The notes beneath the pieces were generated by a model, which searched no databases, had not been told where the DNA came from, and saw only the letters and a list, made by a program, of their open reading frames with translations. DNA of 64,000 bases from Bispira polyomma. Taxonomy: Eukaryota. Made by a program: the position numbers and the translations under genes. The stretch is from assembly GCA_965649765.1 (NCBI GenBank), contig OZ287757.1, positions 31,186,001-31,250,000 on the forward strand, in the 5' to 3' direction. Below are positions 1 to 12,007 of the stretch, in pieces (within the stretch, counting starts at the first letter, position 1; the number at the start of each line of letters is the position of its first letter).

Positions 1-830
1 CAGAAGTATGCAAGGCCATCATTAGGGAATATGAGACAGAAAACCTAGCCTGCCCAACCACCCCCGCAGACTGGCTGAAAATAGAAGAAGTCTACAGGAA
101 CAGGTGGAACATCCCTCATGCTGTTGGATCTATTGATGGAAAGCACGTGGCCATCAAGAAGCCTCCCAAGGCTGGGAGCAAATTTTACAACTACAAAGGT
201 TTCCAAACCATTGTCCTGTTTGCCCTGGTTGATGCATACTACAGATTTATTTGGGTGGACATTGGCTGTAGTGGTTCTTGTTCCGATGCCCAAATTTTTA
301 ACCACTCAGAGCTCAAGCAGAAGATAGAAGATGAATCCATTGGGCTGCCCTGACCTGCACCACTGTTTGAGGGGTCTCGACATGAAGTGGAATATTTTCT
401 GCTGGGAGGCAACGCCTTTGCCCTGCAAAACGTGGATGATGAAACCTTATTCGAGGAAGGAACTCACCCATGCACAGAGAATTTGTAACTACAGGATATC
501 CAGGGGAAGGCGGGCAGTGGAGAACGTTTTTGGGATTTTGGCCAGCCGTTTCTGCCTATTACTGATGACGATGCAACAGCACCCCTAGTGGCCTCAAATC
601 TGACATTGACATGTGTAATATTACATAACAAACTGAGAAGCCGGTGTGGAAACTCAGCACTAGAGCACCGCAACCCACAAGATGATCCACCTGAACCCAA
701 GGTGCAGTTGGTAGGAGATTGACCGACCACCCACAGAAACCCATCCAGGGCGGCCAAAGAACAGAGGGACGTGTTAATGGACTTTTTTATGAATGAGGGG
801 GCAGTCCCGTGGCAAGAGGAAAGAGTTTAA
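1..830 (+). pseudogene. Mirror copy of the 3' part of the Harbinger transposase
   Basis: Reverse complement of 5998..6827, with the same stops and frameshifts. Confidence 0.9.
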
Positions 831-3011
831 CCTGAGCCTGAGCCTAACTTCCTGAGCCAGATGAGAAGCCAAACCAGAGGTCTTGCAGTAGCAGAAAATT
901 TAAAAGGTCCTTTTCAGGACCACCCAAATATTTCAAAAACAATGTTTGAGCGGTTGTTACACCCCCACCCCAAACCCATTAGCAATAACAATCACTAAAT
1001 ATAATACCCAGGACCCCTACATACATACAACTTAACCAGTCCCCCCACAAAACATTGAAAATGTTAAAAGCCCTACACACACAGACATAATGAAAACCCT
1101 TGTTACCAGTTGTTTTGGGCAAAAAAGGGTTAAAATCAAAAAAAGTTGTGTGACCATATATTTATTTAGAGAAAATATTTCTTATCATGAACAGTCGACC
1201 TTTAAAATAAAACACTTGATGTCTCTAGAGTACATTTGAAAGAGAAACAAGTTTTAGGAAGTTTATTTGAAGAGTTTATATTTATCTACCCCTAAGTACA
1301 TTTAAAAGGAATTTCAGTTGTAATGGCTTTTTTGAGAGAAGAAAAACTGCCCCCTCCAGAGTACATTCAAAAGAGAACAAAAATGTAGGAAGTTTATTTG
1401 AAGTTTTTAATGACTTTAAGTACAGTTGCTATTGTAATATATTTGAAGAGAAGCTGTCCTATAAAAATTATGTGTAATGTTCACACATCACTTAATTGCA
1501 ATGAGCATCCTCACACTAAAATCTCAGTACAATGGGGTCTATTTCAAAGGGATTACCAATGGGTATGACTTAAAGAAGTAAAATACAAAATATTTTTTCA
1601 GTTAATAGAAGATATTTTAGATGAAATGAGCTAAGCACAGCATTCTGGGCTTTGTGCCCAGAGTTTATAATAAAGAGCCAGTTATATCAGGCCTCACAGA
1701 AAAGTACCATCAAGTTTTATTATGATACTACAACTGTTGTTTGTTAAATATTTTAAAGTTTGTTAAAAGAAAAAATAAAGTATGATGAAAAAGCTTACAA
1801 AAAAGACTATTATTACTTTGGACTCCAACTATTGTCAAGTGGTGGAACCCGCCGGAAACACACAACTACCACAAAGCCAAATTTACAGAAAAATCTGAAT
1901 AAAAGACACCCAACCACCATTTGACAGAATTTATAACGTCAGTGTAAGGCCTTGGGTTCGAATCTGTTTCAATAAGGGGTTTCTTTCATCAGTGTGTATG
2001 TTGGGGTAAAAAATTATTTTGTGTATTGTGGGAATCTACTGTGTTTATATGGTGGGGCCAAAAATATTATATGTATGGGTGCTGGGTTTGAACCTTGTGA
2101 AGTATGTTTTGTGAGATGTGATTGGGTAAGGGGTGAGGAAAATAATGCGCTATAGTGTTAAAGGTAGATGCATTTATTCCTGTTCCAAGGGATTTTATTG
2201 TGTGATCTACTTCACTCGGAGTAGAAGGGAACTGGAGTAGTCCAGATGGCGGCTAACAAGGGAGTTTGAGATCAGTGTTTTTGATTTACAAATATATAGC
2301 TGAAAGAAGTTAGATGAATCTATAAGATCAGTATAACGTCAGGAAATCGATATCATATTTGGTTACTGTGATGTAAGCATTTAATCAATAACCTGTATGG
2401 ACTGCTAAAACTAACAATTTTGGCTATGTAGTACAAGTTTAAGTCCTAGCCATATATTTGAATTAAAATTCGTACACTAATCACAAGTCCAAAGTACAAG
2501 TAAGAGCTTTCTAATCATACCAAAACGAACATTTCAGGTGAAGTTTTCAAATAAGTACACACAATTTAGGCGATTTAAAAAAAATAATTCTGTTTCCAGG
2601 GTGCCCAACGGATCTCCGAGGATTAAATTTGTATGCCATTTTCGAAAGTGAGGCTTATTTTCAAAAATACAATAAAGTTCTGAGTTTCAATAGTTCCATT
2701 ATCGAAATTAATCCAAAAACAAAACAGGAGCACAAGAGCCCAAACTCTAGACTCGTTTGCGAATTTCAGACCATAGCTCCATACCAGTTTCGAGATCTGC
2801 TTGTGGAGAGTTAAAGATCTCTGGCCCCACAATAAGAACCTTGCTCGCACATGCGCAACGAATGGTAAAAACGTAAAATGTTTATAGAGATACATGTACA
2901 TCTAAATAGAAGAAAAGTAGGTGAACTTATTTATTGGAAATAAACAGAGGGACACATGCTTTTATCTATGTTAACCAACCATACTGGGTTTAGAAATCCA
3001 TCATAAATTAC

Positions 3012-3089
3012 CTTTTCATTCAACATGGCCTCTATTTCCTCTCCTTTCAGGCCTCTTTCATGTAGAAATTTTAGCAAATCGTCATCCAT
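3012..3089 (-). pseudogene. Mirror copy of exon 1 of the SAM-HECT gene
   Basis: Reverse complement of 3739..3816. Confidence 0.75.
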
Positions 3090-3208
3090 TAGCAATTATT
3101 CTATTGATATCCAAGATAATATCTAGTTGGTATAAACAATTTTGACGTTTTCTGAAAGTACAGTGCCCTATTGTAATTATCTAAAGCATGTGACCTTTCT
3201 GCTCTCTT

Positions 3209-3622
3209 GTAATTACTAGATAGCTATCTTGTAGTAATAAGATAGCCTTATATAATAATTAAAAGATAGCCCTATCTTGTAATTACAAGATAGCCCTATC
3301 TAGTTATTACAAGATAGCCCTATCTAGTAATTACAAGATAGGGCTATCTAGTAATTACTAGATAGGGTATCTTGTAATTACTAGATAGGGCTATCTTGTA
3401 ATTAAAAGATAGCCCTATCTTGTAATTACAAGATAGCCCTATCTAGTTATTACAAGATAGCCCTATCTAGTAATTACAAGATAGGGCTATCTAGTAATTA
3501 CTAGATAGGGCTATCTTGTAATAACTAGATAGGGCTATCTTGTAATTACAAGATAGGGCTATCTTTTAATTATTATATAAGGCTATCTTATTACTACAAG
3601 ATAGCTATCTAGTAATTACAAG
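3209..3622. repeat. Array of ~24-bp self-complementary units (AGATAG-cc/gg-CTATCT + wGTAATTACw); left subterminal repeats of the IS3EU-like element
   Basis: Visible units such as agatagccctatct-tgtaattaca. The same motif recurs degenerately at 17360-17401. Confidence 0.9.
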
Positions 3623-5399
3623 AGAGCAGAAAGGTCACATGCTTTAGATAATTACAATAGGGCACTGTACTTTCAGAAAACGTCAAAATTGTTTATACCA
3701 ACTAGATATTATCTTGGATATCAATAGAATAATTGCTAATGGATGACGATTTGCTAAAATTTCTACATGAAAGAGGCCTGAAAGGAGAGGAAATAGAGGC
3801 CATGTTGAATGAAAAGGTAATTTATGATGGATTTCTAAACCCAGTATGGTTGGTTAACATAGATAAAAGCATGTGTCCCTCTGTTTATTTCCAATAAATA
3901 AGTTCACCTACTTTTCTTCTATTTAGATGTACATGTATCTCTATAAACATTTTACGTTTTTACCATTCGTTGCGCATGTGCGAGCAAGGTTCTTATTGTG
4001 GGGCCAGAGATCTTTAACTCTCCACAAGCAGATCTCGAAACTGGTATGGAGCTATGGTCTGAAATTCGCAAACGAGTCTAGAGTTTGGGCTCTTGTGCTC
4101 CTGTTTTGTTTTTGGATTAATTTCGATAATGGAACTATTGAAACTCAGAACTTTATTGTATTTTTGAAAATAAGCCTCACTTTCGAAAATGGCATACAAA
4201 TTTAATCCTCGGAGATCCGTTGGGCACCCTGGAAACAGAATTATTTTTTTTAAATCGCCTAAATTGTGTGTACTTATTTGAAAACTTCACCTGAAATGTT
4301 CGTTTTGGTATGATTAGAAAGCTCTTACTTGTACTTTGGACTTGTGATTAGTGTACGAATTTTAATTCAAATATATGGCTAGGACTTAAACTTGTACTAC
4401 ATAGCCAAAATTGTTAGTTTTAGCAGTCCATACAGGTTATTGATTAAATGCTTACATCACAGTAACCAAATATGATATCGATTTCCTGACGTTATACTGA
4501 TCTTATAGATTCATCTAACTTCTTTCAGCTATATATTTGTAAATCAAAAACACTGATCTCAAACTCCCTTGTTAGCCGCCATCTGGACTACTCCAGTTCC
4601 CTTCTACTCCGAGTGAAGTAGATCACACAATAAAATCCCTTGGAACAGGAATAAATGCATCTACCTTTAACACTATAGCGCATTATTTTCCTCACCCCTT
4701 ACCCAATCACATCTCACAAAACATACTTCACAAGGTTCAAACCCAGCACCCATACATATAATATTTTTGGCCCCACCATATAAACACAGTAGATTCCCAC
4801 AATACACAAAATAATTTTTTACCCCAACATACACACTGATGAAAGAAACCCCTTATTGAAACAGATTCGAACCCAAGGCCTTACACTGACGTTATAAATT
4901 CTGTCAAATGGTGGTTGGGTGTCTTTTATTCAGATTTTTCTGTAAATTTGGCTTTGTGGTAGTTGTGTGTTTCCGGCGGGTTCCACCACTTGACAATAGT
5001 TGGAGTCCAAAGTAATAATAGTCTTTTTTGTAAGCTTTTTCATCATACTTTATTTTTTCTTTTAACAAACTTTAAAATATTTAACAAACAACAGTTGTAG
5101 TATCATAATAAAACTTGATGGTACTTTTCTGTGAGGCCTGATATAACTGGCTCTTTATTATAAACTCTGGGCACAAAGCCCAGAATGCTGTGCTTAGCTC
5201 ATTTCATCTAAAATATCTTCTATTAACTGAAAAAATATTTTGTATTTTACTTCTTTAAGTCATACCCATTGGTAATCCCTTTGAAATAGACCCCATTGTA
5301 CTGAGATTTTAGTGTGAGGATGCTCATTGCAATTAAGTGATGTGTGAACATTACACATAATTTTTATAGGACAGCTTCTCTTCAAATATATTACAATAG

Positions 5400-7765
5400 C
5401 AACTGTACTTAAAGTCATTAAAAACTTCAAATAAACTTCCTACATTTTTGTTCTCTTTTGAATGTACTCTGGAGGGGGCAGTTTTTCTTCTCTCAAAAAA
5501 GCCATTACAACTGAAATTCCTTTTAAATGTACTTAGGGGTAGATAAATATAAACTCTTCAAATAAACTTCCTAAAACTTGTTTCTCTTTCAAATGTACTC
5601 TAGAGACATCAAGTGTTTTATTTTAAAGGTCGACTGTTCATGATAAGAAATATTTTCTCTAAATAAATATATGGTCACACAACTTTTTTTGATTTTAACC
5701 CTTTTTTGCCCAAAACAACTGGTAACAAGGGTTTTCATTATGTCTGTGTGTGTAGGGCTTTTAACATTTTCAATGTTTTGTGGGGGGACTGGTTAAGTTG
5801 TATGTATGTAGGGGTCCTGGGTATTATATTTAGTGATTGTTATTGCTAATGGGTTTGGGGTGGGGGTGTAACAACCGCTCAAACATTGTTTTTGAAATAT
5901 TTGGGTGGTCCTGAAAAGGACCTTTTAAATTTTCTGCTACTGCAAGACCTCTGGTTTGGCTTCTCATCTGGCTCAGGAAGTTAGGCTCAGGCTCAGGTTA
6001 AACTCTTTCCTCTTGCCACGGGACTGCCCCCTCATTCATAAAAAAGTCCATTAACACGTCCCTCTGTTCTTTGGCCGCCCTGGATGGGTTTCTGTGGGTG
6101 GTCGGTCAATCTCCTACCAACTGCACCTTGGGTTCAGGTGGATCATCTTGTGGGTTGCGGTGCTCTAGTGCTGAGTTTCCACACCGGCTTCTCAGTTTGT
6201 TATGTAATATTACACATGTCAATGTCAGATTTGAGGCCACTAGGGGTGCTGTTGCATCGTCATCAGTAATAGGCAGAAACGGCTGGCCAAAATCCCAAAA
6301 ACGTTCTCCACTGCCCGCCTTCCCCTGGATATCCTGTAGTTACAAATTCTCTGTGCATGGGTGAGTTCCTTCCTCGAATAAGGTTTCATCATCCACGTTT
6401 TGCAGGGCAAAGGCGTTGCCTCCCAGCAGAAAATATTCCACTTCATGTCGAGACCCCTCAAACAGTGGTGCAGGTCAGGGCAGCCCAATGGATTCATCTT
6501 CTATCTTCTGCTTGAGCTCTGAGTGGTTAAAAATTTGGGCATCGGAACAAGAACCACTACAGCCAATGTCCACCCAAATAAATCTGTAGTATGCATCAAC
6601 CAGGGCAAACAGGACAATGGTTTGGAAACCTTTGTAGTTGTAAAATTTGCTCCCAGCCTTGGGAGGCTTCTTGATGGCCACGTGCTTTCCATCAATAGAT
6701 CCAACAGCATGAGGGATGTTCCACCTGTTCCTGTAGACTTCTTCTATTTTCAGCCAGTCTGCGGGGGTGGTTGGGCAGGCTAGGTTTTCTGTCTCATATT
6801 CCCTAATGATGGCCTTGCATACTTCTGGTATAAACTTGGTGATAGATGATTTCCCCACCCTGAACTGGTAGAACAGGGACTTGTAGCTCCCCCCAGTGGC
6901 CAGGTGCCTCAAAGTTACAGCCAGTTTCAGTACAACATCCAAGAGCTTTCTGAACCAAGTTATTTCTTTTTTCACATGGGATGTTATCCTATCCTTGATT
7001 TTGTCAAATATATCAGGTGGGAGCCTGAAAAAATTCCTGTATGAGGCTGCATCCCCTTCCTGTAGCTCCGGCACTAAGTTTGTGTAGTAGCCTAGGGCCT
7101 CTCTCTGACAAATCCAAGGCTTGACCCAGCAGATGGGTGACATACATGGAAGTCTAATCTTCTCCGGGGGAGCCCAAGGGGGGCGTGGGGGTGTTGGGTT
7201 CAAATCTTCCTGAGCCTGAGCCTGAGCCTTGTCTTTCTCATGTTGTAATATAAGCATGAGGATACATATTTCAATCTCAAAAAAAAAACTAAAAATGTCT
7301 CTAGTCTCCTCAATAAATCTTCATCACTTCTTCCTGGAATTTTACTGAATTACTCAATCATTAATGACCTGATTACTGAGTTTTAGGGCTCAAAAAGAGG
7401 TACTTATAGGGTCTGGAAGCACTCCCGAATTCATTTTTCAGAAAGTTCGATCCTATTGGTCGGGATGACCAATACGTCAGATCCTATAGTCAATACGTTC
7501 GATCCTAAGCCAATACGTTCGATCCTATTGTCAATAAGTTCGATCCTATCAAGGTCGGGAAGGTCGGGGGTCAATGGAGTTCAAAGTCGTACGGCCTTTA
7601 CGTACGATCGGGGTCGCGGGCCCGTCAAAACCGTTCAATCGGGAAGGTCGGGGCACATTTTTATTTTCCCGCCCAAAAAGTGGATTTTATTGATTTTTTG
7701 GTCCCGACCTTCCCGATTTTAAAGTCGGGGTCTTTTTGCCAATCGAACTTGTATGTGGAACCCCC
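5400..7765 (-). mobile_element. Harbinger element remnant inside intron 1 of the SAM-HECT gene
   Basis: Transposase, subterminal repeats (aatacgttcgatcctat, tcgggaaggtcgggg; 7443-7730), and a plausible end gtggaaccccc|tta. The left boundary was not found and is approximate. Confidence 0.6.
5998..7257 (-). pseudogene. PIF/Harbinger (HARBI1-like, DDE_Tnp_4) transposase
   Basis: KLAVTLRHLATG, GSIDGKHVAIKKP, FYNYKGFQTIVLFALVDA, GSCSDAQIF, YRISRGRRAVENVFGILASRF. Has an internal TGA at ~6475, a frameshift, and GGNAF where GD-x-AF is expected. Confidence 0.92.
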
Positions 7766-9039
7766 TTAAGGTTAAAGTAATTGGTAGGGTTGAGTTATGA
7801 GAGTTTTGGGAATTTTTTGTAGTACAACAGAATTTTAGTATAACTTGTGTTATATAGAGTATAGAGACATTTAATTAGTACTGTAGAGGGAGTAAACCCC
7901 ATAATGGTGTTTAAATTGTAAAAGAATAATTTTAAGTTGGAAGTAATCTTGCTAGTGCTTATTAAATTAATATGATGTAGCATTTTTTTGTCAGACTCCT
8001 TTTACATGCAGACAATTAATATCACCAGAAACACCAACCATTGGCTCAGTATTACTTCCAGTCATATGTCTTTTGTTGTAAATTTCAGATTGATAGGGCA
8101 GTTATAGAAGCAGTGGATGACGAAACCCTGGCACGATTTATTTCAAAGCAAGGAGATAGAATTGCAATCAAGCAATTTTGCCAGACGCATTGTAGTTCCA
8201 ACCTTGGAGAGGCGAAAAAAAAGTCATTACTAACTGCTTTACGAAACAAGCTGCACGGAGCAAACACCAAGGACGATATGCCTTTAAAAAAACTAAGCAC
8301 ATGCAGGGCAATGCACATGCACTAAAAAAAAACAAGAAAAATTGAATTGGGGTGGCTGAATTTTGATCATTGTTACAAACAAGTGAAAAAGTCTAGTGGA
8401 GGGGGCACAAAAAAAGATTGATATCTCAAAGTCAGCTACAAAAATGGACATCCTAAAAGAGGCTAAGGCAATGTTTTTTCCAAATGGAATATCGAAGATG
8501 GTACCTATACATCAATTTGAAATTGAGTTGCATGACTTTTCTAAAGATATTCTAGTTAGAGAGGAAACCGTTGGAGTAATGTACGATAACAGGTATGAAT
8601 ATGCTGCAGTTCTATATATCGACGAAAAGCATTACATCAAAAACATCTTTCAGTACACCTCAGCCTAAAGGGAGACCAAATAGACCCTCAATTGTATTCC
8701 CTGACTTTGAAGATCTAAGCACACATGCATCCACTAACTCTAATTCTGCATCATCAGCAAAAACAGCAAAAACCATCCTAAACTTAAGGAGTGAGCAAAA
8801 CACTGAATCGCCCCCGTCAAGCCCTCTTTGTGACATTGGCCAATTCCTCCAGTCACCATTAAACTAGGAAGGGGCCTTTGAAAATACATGTGAAAATATT
8901 GGGGCTGAAATTGCAGTTGAAACTACACCAAATACTGTGCAAATAGAAAGTGTACACTATCAAGAGGATGACATTTCTTTCTACATACCATCATAAGTTT
9001 GGAAGGACAGCCCTATTGAAGTTTCCTCATCTGTTCTTC

Positions 9040-9390
9040 CTACCGTATCACACCCTTCCAGTGTATTGAACCCTCCCAGTGTATCGAACCCTTCCAGTGT
9101 ATCGAACCATTCCAATGTATCGAACCCTTCCTGTGTATCACACCCTTCCAGTGTATCAAACCCTCCCAGTGTATCAAACCCTCTCAGTGTATCGAACCCA
9201 TCCAGTGTATCGAACTTTCCCAGTGTATCACACCCTCCAATGTAACGAACTCTCACAGTTTATCACACCCTCCCAGTGTATCACACCCTCCCAGTGTGTC
9301 GGATTCCTACACTGAATCACACCCTCCCAGTGTGTCGGATTCCTACACTGTATCACACCCTCTCACTGTATCAGAAGGTCCCAGTGTTTC
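9040..9390 (+). repeat. 18-bp coding tandem repeat (agtgtatcgaaccctycc; SVSNPS/SVSHPP)
   Basis: Visible tandem units that make a Ser/Pro-rich linker before the HECT domain. Confidence 0.9.
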
Positions 9391-9564
9391 AAACCTTCAG
9401 ACCATGAATTACCCTTATACCCTGAATGTTTCCATTAAAAGGCATAATTTGATGAATGATATGATTGACACATTCAAAGACCCTGCAATCATTAATGCTC
9501 ATTTGGTAGTAAGTGTGCTGCTACCTAATGGAGCAAAAGAAAAAGGTGAAGGTGATGGTGTACT

Positions 9565-9764
9565 NNNNNNNNNNNNNNNNNNNNNNNNNNNNNNNNNNNN
9601 NNNNNNNNNNNNNNNNNNNNNNNNNNNNNNNNNNNNNNNNNNNNNNNNNNNNNNNNNNNNNNNNNNNNNNNNNNNNNNNNNNNNNNNNNNNNNNNNNNNN
9701 NNNNNNNNNNNNNNNNNNNNNNNNNNNNNNNNNNNNNNNNNNNNNNNNNNNNNNNNNNNNNNNN
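9565..9764. other. Assembly gap (200 N)
   Basis: N run; both flanks share 'tact'. Confidence 0.99.
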
Positions 9765-9874
9765 TACTTGCTGACTGCTTCACTGGTTTTTGGGATGAAT
9801 TTTATGAGGAATGTACCCTTGGTACTCAGGAGAAGGTACCTTGTTTGACCTGGATGGTAATCAGTCGCTTCTAT

Positions 9875-10000
9875 ATGTATAGGTCCCATCTTCGACATTC
9901 CATTTGGAAAAAACATTGCCTTAGCCTCTTTTAGGATGTCCATTTTTGCAGCTGACTTTGAGATATCAATCTTTTTTGTGCCCCCTCCACTAGACTTTTT
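9875..10000 (-). repeat. Inverted copy of 8386-8512 inside the HECT region
   Basis: Minus strand reads SSGGGTKKIDISKSAAKMDILKEAKAMFFPNGMSKMGPIH; a few substitutions relative to 8386-8512. Confidence 0.92.
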
Positions 10001-12007
10001 TGATCTAATATCTGAAATAGCACACAAGGAACTGCTACAGTTACCTATGTATATTTTGGACAATTGTAAGATTATTTTAGTCAAAGAGGGAAAGTCACTG
10101 ATTGATTTTGGCAAATTGCACCTCGTGTACAAAGAAGCCATACCAAAAGGAAGAACAGTTCTGAAGAGGCTTGTTTTTCCAGAAGACATGACCTTGTCTG
10201 AAAGCAGCACAGCTAAATATCTGCAACGCTATGTAAGAGAATTAGACTGCCGCATGCTTAAGCTACTTCTACGATTTTTCACTGGCTACAACATTTTGAC
10301 AAAAAAACAACAGGTTATACATGTCTTTTCAGCCATGACCGACTTTAGTAGAAGACCTATAGGACACACTTGTGGTAGAACACTTGAATTGTGTCAAGAA
10401 TATCCCACTTATCCAATGTTTCGATCAGAGATGAACATTGTGCTAGATAGTGGCATATGGAGTTTAGACATAATTTAGAAGAAATACAAATTTATGAGTT
10501 GGATATTCTTGACACAATTCAAGTGTTCTACGCCAAGTGTGTCACAGAACATTAGAAGTTTAGATAATGGAAGTTTCACTATATTTTGGAAAATATGTCT
10601 CAGGAAATGTGGTGGAGGTAATTTGAACATTGATTACAAGTTTCAACTTAAGTACTGTCTGTTAAAAGACTCAAAATTCTGTTTTTTCCTAATTAGTGGT
10701 GCTGGAATAGCATATAGTTTTCAGAAGTTTAGTACTTAAGAGGAAAATCGAAAATAAAAATAAATATTTCACACTTAGTATCCCAGAGGTAATTACAATG
10801 TACATATTTTATTTTAATATTGTCATAATTTGAATGCAATTGTTAATTACATTTTCTTTTAGACTTTGAAAAATGTAATTTCATATCTTAGTTGGTGGTA
10901 TATTGATATTAGTAACCTAAAGTTTGTTACAATTGGTGGATTGACATAATGATAAAGAAAAACTTAAAATTGAGTACCTTTTCATAATTTGGTCACTGTT
11001 ATGTCATAGAATTTTCATATTTTTAGTACTGCAGAATGTAAACATAGTTCATGTTCATCATTTCAGAGGTAATTGGAATTTTTTACATAATGTTTTAAAA
11101 TACATAAAAAAGTTCTTTTAATTGTATTTTTGTTATTGTATCCCCAGACGAAAGTGAAGGATACTTAGGATTTGGTTTAGTCATACCGCCACAGAGACCT
11201 GGACCTGATAGCTCTAAAAATATTTTAGCTACAGCTTTCATATTTTGACTGGGTTGATTTAGGCAATGACTTGGCCTATCAATTTGTGATAATAATTAAT
11301 TAATGCATTATTATTCTCTGATTTAAAACAATCTGATAATTATAATGACTGATTTGTTTCACATGATGAAGGCATAATTAGCTCTGCCTTCAAAGTCAAC
11401 ATTCATATCAAAAGATGGAAACTTTTGACTTCATCAATTGAGATAGTGATGTGACCTTGTGGCAATGGTGTCTAGGTCACTAGTGTTCGAGAAATAGTTC
11501 ATGTTGCACAGATCTCTGCATCCATCTGTTTGTCGTTACTACTTTGTGAAAATGTTTTTTGGTAGTTTTCTTTATGAGTAAAGTATTTGTGATATATTTG
11601 CTAATATATGGTACACTACAATTACATATTCCTTGTTTTCGTGTTGGTCCCCCTTCCGAAATTGAGTTCACCTAATTTTCTCCTATTTAGGAATAAGTTG
11701 TCATTGTAAAAGTTTATATCTTGTTTAAAGACAATTTACACTAGTCTGAGTTTGAATCATTTTACAAAGTCTTTTTTACGATAGAGTTCCTTGGAGTTTG
11801 TAGCATCTGTATCCGTCCATTACCCATATCTACAAATATTTTTGAATTTTCCCTCTCTTCCCTGTATAAAGAGCACTTTCTTTGATAATCTTTTTTAGAA
11901 CCACTGAAATGATCAGTCTGTAACTTTGCATACATAATTACATATAGCTTCATAGTTTTAGTTTTAAGGTTATGAATGTTCAGTTTCATAAAATGTCAAA
12001 TATTGGG

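Larger units (their letters stand above)
1..6827. repeat. Giant inverted duplication (palindrome 1), centre ~3414, running off the left window edge
   Basis: 1..~3335 is the reverse complement of ~3493..6827. The ORF track is mirrored (45..305- with 6523..6783+; 2623..2901- with 3927..4205+; coordinate sums = 6828). Confidence 0.97.
3739..10478 (+). pseudogene. SAM-domain / HECT-type E3 ubiquitin ligase (G2E3-like annotation class); exon 1 3739-3816, exon 2 from 8089; disrupted
   Basis: Exon 1 MDDDLLKFLHERGLKGEEIEAMLNEK|gtaatt joins in phase 0 to tttcag|IDRAVIEAVDDETLARFISKQGDRIAIKQFC, giving a SAM-like domain. It continues KKTRKIELGW...GGGTKKIDI...AMFFPNG, then HECT-like IKRHNLMNDMIDTF...GEGDGVLADCFTGFW and C-lobe LKLLLRFFTG...RRPIGHTCGRTLEL with the catalytic Cys. 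Several frameshifts and stops. Confidence 0.8.

Noticed and set aside
3209-3622. Palindromic repeats as CRISPR or telomeric repeats
   Set aside because: No spacers and no G-rich strand bias; better explained as transposon subterminal repeats.
2623-4205. 92-aa and 61-aa ORFs present twice
   Set aside because: Duplicated only by the palindrome, no recognisable motifs, and located in intronic sequence.
5998-7257. Domesticated HARBI1 host gene
   Set aside because: Internal stop, frameshift, altered catalytic motif and adjacent subterminal repeats indicate a dead transposon.
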